Shown here in pieces: positions 56,980 to 61,949 of a DNA stretch of 61,949 bases. The DNA comes from Thermoleophilaceae bacterium (lineage in GTDB: Bacteria > Actinomycetota > Thermoleophilia > Solirubrobacterales > Thermoleophilaceae). How positions within the stretch are numbered: position 1 is the stretch's first letter; the number at the start of each line of letters is the position of its first letter. The stretch covers positions 1 to 61,949 of the forward strand of contig DASXCV010000231.1 in the NCBI GenBank assembly GCA_036491015.1, written 5' to 3'. A program made the translations under genes and the position numbers. Below the pieces are notes generated by a model. The model was given only the letters and a program-made list of their open reading frames with translations. It was not told where the DNA came from and ran no database searches.

Positions 56980-58314
56980 TCAGGCTTCCTGAGCCTGGTG
57001 AGCACTCACCACAGCCTGCACCGATGCCCGCCGATCCAGCATCTGCATCGTCAACCACGCCGCCACGGCCGCCAGCACCGTCGCGGGCGCAGCGTCGATT
57101 CCGGCGTGCCCGACGAGCAGGGTTGAGAACAGGATCGACGTAAGCAGGAGGCGGGTCATCGCCGTCATTCCCGCCGCGCTGCCCGCAGCCACCGCCAGCG
57201 TGGGGGACACGTTCAGCCAGAGCACCGCGAGCATGCCCACGGCCACGCCGAGGAAGATCGCGGGGAACACCGGCCCGCCGCGGAATCCGCAGCCGAGGCA
57301 GATGCAGTAGCCGATCGCCTTCGCCAGGAGCAGCACCAGCAGGATCTTGGTGGAGCTCTGGCTCACGAGCGCGGGGATCGAGGACTGGCCCGAGAAGAGC
57401 ACGTCCTGCGAGTTCGCCCCGAGCAGGTCGGCGACTTCCGCCACGACGCCGGTGAGCAGGCCGCCGGCGATGAGGAGCTTGCCCATGCCGAGGCGCGGCA
57501 GGCCGTCGCGCGCCACACGCGTGGCGGCCCGCCGCACCGCGAAGATCAGGAGCGCGGCCAAGATGCCCACCACGATCGCGGTCACGAGGTCGTACACGTG
57601 CTCGTGGTTGTAGACGGGCAACCCGGGCACCGCGATCGCCTGGCTGTCGAGCCCGCCCCAGCTTCCGAGCCCGAGGAAGATCACATAGCCAATCGCCGCG
57701 GCCACGAAGCCGGGCAGCAGCACGCCGATCAGCGCCGCGCCCATGCCGAGCCCGCCCTCCATCATCAGCACGCCGCCCACCACCGGGCCCCCGAAGAGCG
57801 CGGAAATCGCCGAGAACGAGCCGGCCGTGGCCAGCACCGCGTGCTCCTTCTCGCCGACCTTGCCAAACGAGGCGAACGCCATTCCCACCACGGAGCCGAT
57901 CGCGATCAGCGGCGCCTCCGGACCCAGCACTGCGCCGAAGGTGAGCGTGCCGATGGCAGCGAGCACCACGCCGGGCCCGTAGCGCAGCAGCGTCGGGCCA
58001 CCGCCCAGCCCCGCGAGCGGCGCGTGCCCACCGTCGCCGGGCAGCAGGCGGCGGGCGAGGATCACCACGCACGCGCCCACTGCCGGCAGGCCGATCACCA
58101 GGTACCAGCCGGGGGACGAGGTGCCGAGCGCGTCCGGCAGGTCGTGCCAGAGCCAGTGCTGGCTCTCGTGCACGAGGGCGAGGAAGGCCGCCGCGCAGAA
58201 CGCGGCCGGGATCCCGATCAGCGCGCCAAGGCCGATCAGCCGCAGGTAGAGCCTGCCGTCCATGGCCTGCGGCGGCGGACCACTTCCGGCGGGCGGGGCC
58301 TCGGCGCTCGACAT
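56980..58314 (-). CDS. ClC-family voltage-gated chloride channel/antiporter
   Basis: ATG at 58314 (MSSAEAPP). GPEAPL and GFRGGPVFPAIF selectivity-filter-type motifs; 10 or more TM segments. Confidence 0.85.
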   Translation of the reverse strand: MSSAEAPPAGSGPPPQAMDGRLYLRLIGLGALIGIPAAFCAAAFLALVHESQHWLWHDLPDALGTSSPGWYLVIGLPAVGACVVILARRLLPGDGGHAPLAGLGGGPTLLRYGPGVVLAAIGTLTFGAVLGPEAPLIAIGSVVGMAFASFGKVGEKEHAVLATAGSFSAISALFGGPVVGGVLMMEGGLGMGAALIGVLLPGFVAAAIGYVIFLGLGSWGGLDSQAIAVPGLPVYNHEHVYDLVTAIVVGILAALLIFAVRRAATRVARDGLPRLGMGKLLIAGGLLTGVVAEVADLLGANSQDVLFSGQSSIPALVSQSSTKILLVLLLAKAIGYCICLGCGFRGGPVFPAIFLGVAVGMLAVLWLNVSPTLAVAAGSAAGMTAMTRLLLTSILFSTLLVGHAGIDAAPATVLAAVAAWLTMQMLDRRASVQAVVSAHQAQEA

Positions 58315-58395
58315 TCGCGGCGATCCTCGAAGTGGCGCGGGTGACTGGCAATCACCCTCGCCGGGTGAAGCCCGGTCACCCGTGCGGGCGCGACC

Positions 58396-58647
58396 TTGGG
58401 CCTGCGCGTGACGTCGAGCTACGAAATACGGATCAAGGGCAAGGTCGGGGAACCCGTGCTCGAGACCTTCGGCGAACTCCATGCGTCGATCAAGCCGGCG
58501 GAGACCGTTCTACGCGGACCGGTGGCTGATCAGGCAGCGCTGCACGGGCTGCTCGACCGGATTCAGGCGCTTGGCCTCGAGCTGATCGAGGTAAAGCAGG
58601 TGGCCGAGCAGGACGCCGGCGGCGACCCTCCCTCGTCACGGACCTGA
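58396..58647 (+). CDS. small soluble hypothetical protein
   Basis: 83 aa. YEIRIKGKVGEPVLETFGEL...LRGPVADQAALHGLLDRIQALGLELIEV looks like a compact alpha/beta (ACT-like) unit seen in many actinobacterial genomes. Good GC3. Confidence 0.5.
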   Translation: MGLRVTSSYEIRIKGKVGEPVLETFGELHASIKPAETVLRGPVADQAALHGLLDRIQALGLELIEVKQVAEQDAGGDPPSSRT

Positions 58648-58755
58648 ACGGTGCGCGCCGGAACGTGGCGCAACAGCACTCATTCCGAGCATTTGCAGCA
58701 CATTTGTGCACCGGAAAAAGCTAGTCAGGGGTCACCGATCCTGTCATGCTTGCGC

Positions 58756-60342
58756 ATGGCAATGTTGGGTGCCATTCGTGCCGATCCTGCGGTATCCCCT
58801 CCCACGCATCGGCTAGGACGTCGCCTGCCGGTGTCTGCTTGGGTGGGTGATCTGCGCGCGCCCTACCTCATCGGGGTTGCGGGCCTCGTCGGCCTCTACT
58901 ACGGCTCGGCCCACCTCGGTTTTTGGCTGGGGTTCTCCGGGCCGGTGGCGGCCATCGTCTGGCTGCCCGTGGGCGTCGGGATCTCCTTCCTCTACCTCGG
59001 CGGCATGCAGTACTGGCCGGGGATCGTGATCGGCGATCTGCTCGTGAACAACTACACGACGCTGCCGCTGGGCTCGGCGCTCGGCCAGAGTGCCGGCAAC
59101 CTGCTCGAGGTGGTGCTCGCCACCATGCTGCTGCGCCGGCTGTCCGCCTCCGGCTCGCCGCTCGCGACCCTCACGGGGCTGGTTGCGATGGTGGGCTCGC
59201 TCGCGGCGGGCACCCTGGCCAGCGCGATCATCGGCTCCACCTCGCTGTGGATCGGCGGAGCCGTGACCGCGAGCATGTGGCCTCACGTGTTCCGCACCTG
59301 GATGCTTGGCGACTTCTGCGGGGCCCTGCTCGTGGTGCCGCTGGCGCTCGCCTGGGCGCAGCCGCCGCGCGGGGGACCCTGGCTGCGCGGGCGCGTGCTC
59401 GAGATCCTGCTCCTGCTCGGCGCGATCATGATCCTGAGCGAGATCGCCCTGCACACCCGGGATCCCCTCGCGTACCTCGTGTTCCCGGCGCTCATGTGGG
59501 CGGCCATCAGCTTCGACCAGCGCGGGGCGACCCTCGCGGTGCTGATCACGGCGGGCTTCACGATCTGGGGCACGACGCACTCCTTCGGCACCTTCTCCGT
59601 GCGGTCGATCAACAGCAGCGTTCTCAACACGCAGCTCTACATCGTCGTGGCCTCGCTTTCCGCTCTGGCGGTGGCCGCGCTCGTGTCCGAGCGGGCCACC
59701 CTCGTGGAGGGGGTGCGCGAGTCGCGCGCGCGGCTCGTGGAGACCGCCGACACCGAGCGTCACCGGCTCGAGCGCAACCTCCACGACGGCGCGCAGCAGC
59801 GCCTCGTGGCACTGGCCGCGCACCTGTCGCTGTCGGCCGAGGAGGCCGCCGAGCGGCCATCGGAGGCGCCCCTGCTGTTCGAGGCCGCGGAGGAGGAGCT
59901 GCTCGTGGCGATCGAGGAGCTCCGCGAGCTGGCGCATGGCATCCATCCACCCGTGCTGCGGGATTACGGCCTCGAGCGGGCGCTCACGACCGTGGTGGCG
60001 CGCACGACCGTGCCGATCGCCCTCACCGGCATTCCGAAGACGAGGCTCGACGCCACCGTGGAGGCCACCGCCTACTACGTGATGCTCGAGGCGATCACGA
60101 ACGCGCAGAAGTACGCGCACGCCTCGTCGATCCATGTGGTCACCGCCCTCACCCCGGGAATGCTGACGGTCGACGTGAGCGATGACGGGCTCGGCGGCGC
60201 CGTCGAGCAGATGGGCCTCGGCCTCCAGGGGTTGCGCGACCGGGTGGAGGCCACCGGCGGCCATTTCCGGATCGAGAGCCGCCCCGGGCACGGCACACAC
60301 ATCTGCGCGACGATTCCAGCCACCGTGCTGGAGCCTGCCTGA
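58756..60342 (+). CDS. MASE1-domain sensor histidine kinase (HisKA_3)
   Basis: Polytopic N-terminus with YYGSAHLGFWLGF..VAAIWLPVGVGISFLY (MASE1-like). H-box ERNLHDGAQQRLVAL, N-box EAITNAQKYA, GLQGLRDR. Confidence 0.8.
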   Translation: MAMLGAIRADPAVSPPTHRLGRRLPVSAWVGDLRAPYLIGVAGLVGLYYGSAHLGFWLGFSGPVAAIVWLPVGVGISFLYLGGMQYWPGIVIGDLLVNNYTTLPLGSALGQSAGNLLEVVLATMLLRRLSASGSPLATLTGLVAMVGSLAAGTLASAIIGSTSLWIGGAVTASMWPHVFRTWMLGDFCGALLVVPLALAWAQPPRGGPWLRGRVLEILLLLGAIMILSEIALHTRDPLAYLVFPALMWAAISFDQRGATLAVLITAGFTIWGTTHSFGTFSVRSINSSVLNTQLYIVVASLSALAVAALVSERATLVEGVRESRARLVETADTERHRLERNLHDGAQQRLVALAAHLSLSAEEAAERPSEAPLLFEAAEEELLVAIEELRELAHGIHPPVLRDYGLERALTTVVARTTVPIALTGIPKTRLDATVEATAYYVMLEAITNAQKYAHASSIHVVTALTPGMLTVDVSDDGLGGAVEQMGLGLQGLRDRVEATGGHFRIESRPGHGTHICATIPATVLEPA

Positions 60343-60346
60343 GCGG

Positions 60347-61030
60347 CTAGGAGCCGAGTCCGTCCGTCGCCGGCTGCTCGCCGGCGAGGAACAGCAGCGC
60401 CGCCTTCACCCGCCTGCTCACCTCTTCGGCATTGCCCAGGTTGAGCTTCATGAAGATCGCGTTGATGTGTTTCTCCACCGCGCGCTTGGTCAGGAAGAGC
60501 GAGTCGGCGATCGCCGCGTTGCTCTTGCCCTGAGCGAGCTCCGCGAGCACCTCGCGCTCGCGCGGCGTGAGCTCCGCCAGCGGTGAGCCCACGGTGTGGC
60601 TCTGGGCCTGCACCAGCACGTCCACCACCTGCGGGTCGATCACCGAGCCCCCGTCCACCACGGCCTCGAGGGCGGCCACGAGCTCGTGCGGATCGTGGAT
60701 GCGCTCCTTGAGGAGATAGGCCCGGCGCGCCGACCCGGCGTCGAGCAGGTCGAGCACGTAGCTCGGCTCGGCGAACTGGCTGAGCACCACCACGCCGATG
60801 TCGGGATGGCTCTCGCGCAGCGCGTGCGCCACCTGGATGCCTTCGTCGGTGTTCGTCGGGGGCATGCGGATGTCGGTGAGCACGGCGTCCGGATGCTGCT
60901 CGTCGACCGCGCGCATGAGCGAGTCGCGGTCCTCGCAGACGGCCACGACCTCGACCTTCTCGGACCGCCCGAGAATCTGCCCGACGGCTTCGAGCACCAG
61001 GTAGGCGTCCTCGGCTATCACCACCCGCAT
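60347..61030 (-). CDS. NarL/LuxR-family response regulator
   Basis: ATG at 61030: [48 protein letters not shown]. Convergent with the MASE1 kinase gene; the stops are 4 nt apart. Confidence 0.9.
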   Translation of the reverse strand: MRVVIAEDAYLVLEAVGQILGRSEKVEVVAVCEDRDSLMRAVDEQHPDAVLTDIRMPPTNTDEGIQVAHALRESHPDIGVVVLSQFAEPSYVLDLLDAGSARRAYLLKERIHDPHELVAALEAVVDGGSVIDPQVVDVLVQAQSHTVGSPLAELTPREREVLAELAQGKSNAAIADSLFLTKRAVEKHINAIFMKLNLGNAEEVSRRVKAALLFLAGEQPATDGLGS

Positions 61031-61360
61031 GGGGTAGGAGGCACGCGGTAGATGCTGTGGGGCTTCTGCGGGGCGATGCACCACGACTCTCCTTGCCGAC
61101 GCCCCCTGACGCTCCCAGAGGGGCGCCTTGGGTAACCGTAGCGGGTTGAGCGCCGAGCGCCAGCCCCTTGGGAGCCGATGGTGGTGTGCGCACCACTGTG
61201 GATGCGGGGGCAGGCACGCCCGGGCTGGACGTTTTTCGCGGACCGCCGACTCACATGCGAGCACCCTTGTTCCTCGCAAACTGCGGCTTGATACTCGTCG
61301 TGATGGACCTCGCGGCCCCCTGGAGGGGCGATCGTTAGGTCGCCCCACACTGGCGCGCAG

Positions 61361-61949
61361 GTGGAGAGCCGGCCGCCCCCGCCGGCCCCTGCCGTTGCGC
61401 TTGGGCGCATTGCGCCAGCGCTGCCGGCTTCACGGTCCGTGCAGCGAGATCGCCTGTTCGACGTGCTCGATCAAGGCGTCAGGGGGCCGCTGACCCTTGT
61501 GACGGGGCCCCCCGGCGCGGGCAAGACCCTCTTGCTCGCGAGTTGGCTCTCGGAACGGAAGCGGCCCGGGACGACGGCCTGGTTGTCGCTGCAACGCGAC
61601 GACGGCCGGCCGGGCCGCTTCTGGCAAGCCCTGCTCGAATCGATCCAGGCCGCCGGCGAGGCCGGGCTGGGAACGCTCGCCGCTGAGTCGTCGCCGGAGC
61701 AGCCCGAGTTCGTGGCGGCGTTCTCGAACGCCGTGGACGCCCTGCCGGGCCCGCTCGTGCTCGTGCTCGACGACTTCCACGAGCTGCGCGCGCCGGCTGT
61801 GGCCGAGGACGTCGACGCACTGCTCCGATACCCGCCGGAGAAGCTCCACGTCGTGATCGCCAGCCGGGCCGATCCGAGACTCTCGCTCCACCGTCTTCGA
61901 GTGGAGGGCCGCCTTACCGAGCTGCGCGCCGCCGACCTCGCGTTCACCC
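61361..61949 (+). CDS. MalT/LAL-type large ATP-binding LuxR-family regulator, N-terminal part (runs off the window end)
   Basis: Not in the supplied ORF track because it has no stop in the window. My translation: ...LPASRSVQRDRLFDVLDQGVRGPLTLVTGPPGAGKTLLLASWL...VLVLDDFHEL (Walker A and B). The frame is open from 61304; the first start candidate is the GTG at 61361. Confidence 0.7.
   Translation, partial: MESRPPPPAPAVALGRIAPALPASRSVQRDRLFDVLDQGVRGPLTLVTGPPGAGKTLLLASWLSERKRPGTTAWLSLQRDDGRPGRFWQALLESIQAAGEAGLGTLAAESSPEQPEFVAAFSNAVDALPGPLVLVLDDFHELRAPAVAEDVDALLRYPPEKLHVVIASRADPRLSLHRLRVEGRLTELRAADLAFT

Noticed and set aside
56814-57143. 109-aa plus-strand ORF with one convincing TM-like stretch (HIALIAGAGYLCMAILGFLVILPVL)
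   Set aside because: It would overlap the 3' end of the ClC gene by about 160 nt, and its C-terminal half is Pro/Ala/Arg low complexity. A shorter real micro-protein cannot be excluded, but the frame has no earlier stop.
58315-58395. Possible fluoride (crcB-motif) riboswitch upstream of the ClC gene
   Set aside because: The leader forms a hairpin (GGGTGAC...GTCACCC with an inner CCGGG-CTTCA-CCCGG). However, it lacks the conserved crcB-motif sequence elements as I recall them. A cmsearch with RF01734 would settle it.
1-61949. Search for CRISPR arrays, rRNA/tRNA genes, transposases, integrases, reverse transcriptases, and phage or defence-island genes
   Set aside because: I saw no regularly spaced direct repeats, no recognisable RNA gene signatures, and no translated ORF with transposase, integrase, RT or nuclease-NTPase defence hallmarks. 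The only STAND-like ATPase is a LuxR/MalT-type regulator.

Overview
Very GC-rich, actinobacterial-type chromosomal segment: third codon positions are almost all G/C, GTG and TTG starts are common, and many neighbouring genes share 4-nt start/stop overlaps. I can support about 59 protein-coding genes, one riboswitch and two hairpin terminators. I found no rRNA, tRNA, CRISPR array, transposase, integrase or phage genes. The window is dominated by three kinds of genes. (1) Envelope and secreted functions: two M48 peptidases, a PspC/Toastrack stress module, a peptidoglycan hydrolase, a PAP2 phosphatase and a GT2/DUF2064 operon. (2) Transporters: an ABC-2 exporter, two MFS proteins, a TMEM175-like K+ channel, NhaA, Kup and ClC. 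(3) Regulators: five histidine-kinase/response-regulator pairs, GlxA, and a MalT/LAL-type regulator cut off by the window end. Redox and catabolic enzymes lie between them (GMC oxidoreductase, PdxH, two BBE-type FAD oxidases, a VOC dioxygenase, nitronate monooxygenase, a benzoylformate-decarboxylase-like enzyme with a YdiJ-like FAD/Fe-S dehydrogenase, SDRs, and a QueA-like protein). All product names come from motifs read in the supplied translations; no database search was run. The items I consider most worth follow-up are: (a) a five-gene start/stop-overlapped operon (GT2, DUF2064, methyltransferase, cytochrome-b/Mo-cofactor fusion, small membrane protein) with a divergent epimerase plus two-component unit; (b) a ydaO-class cyclic-di-AMP riboswitch upstream of a PG-binding/NlpC-P60 hydrolase and directly downstream of a TMEM175-type K+ channel gene; (c) a QueA-family gene translationally coupled to an SDR with no queuosine genes in the window. 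I cannot show that any of these is truly undescribed. Most long ORFs antisense to these genes are high-GC artefacts.
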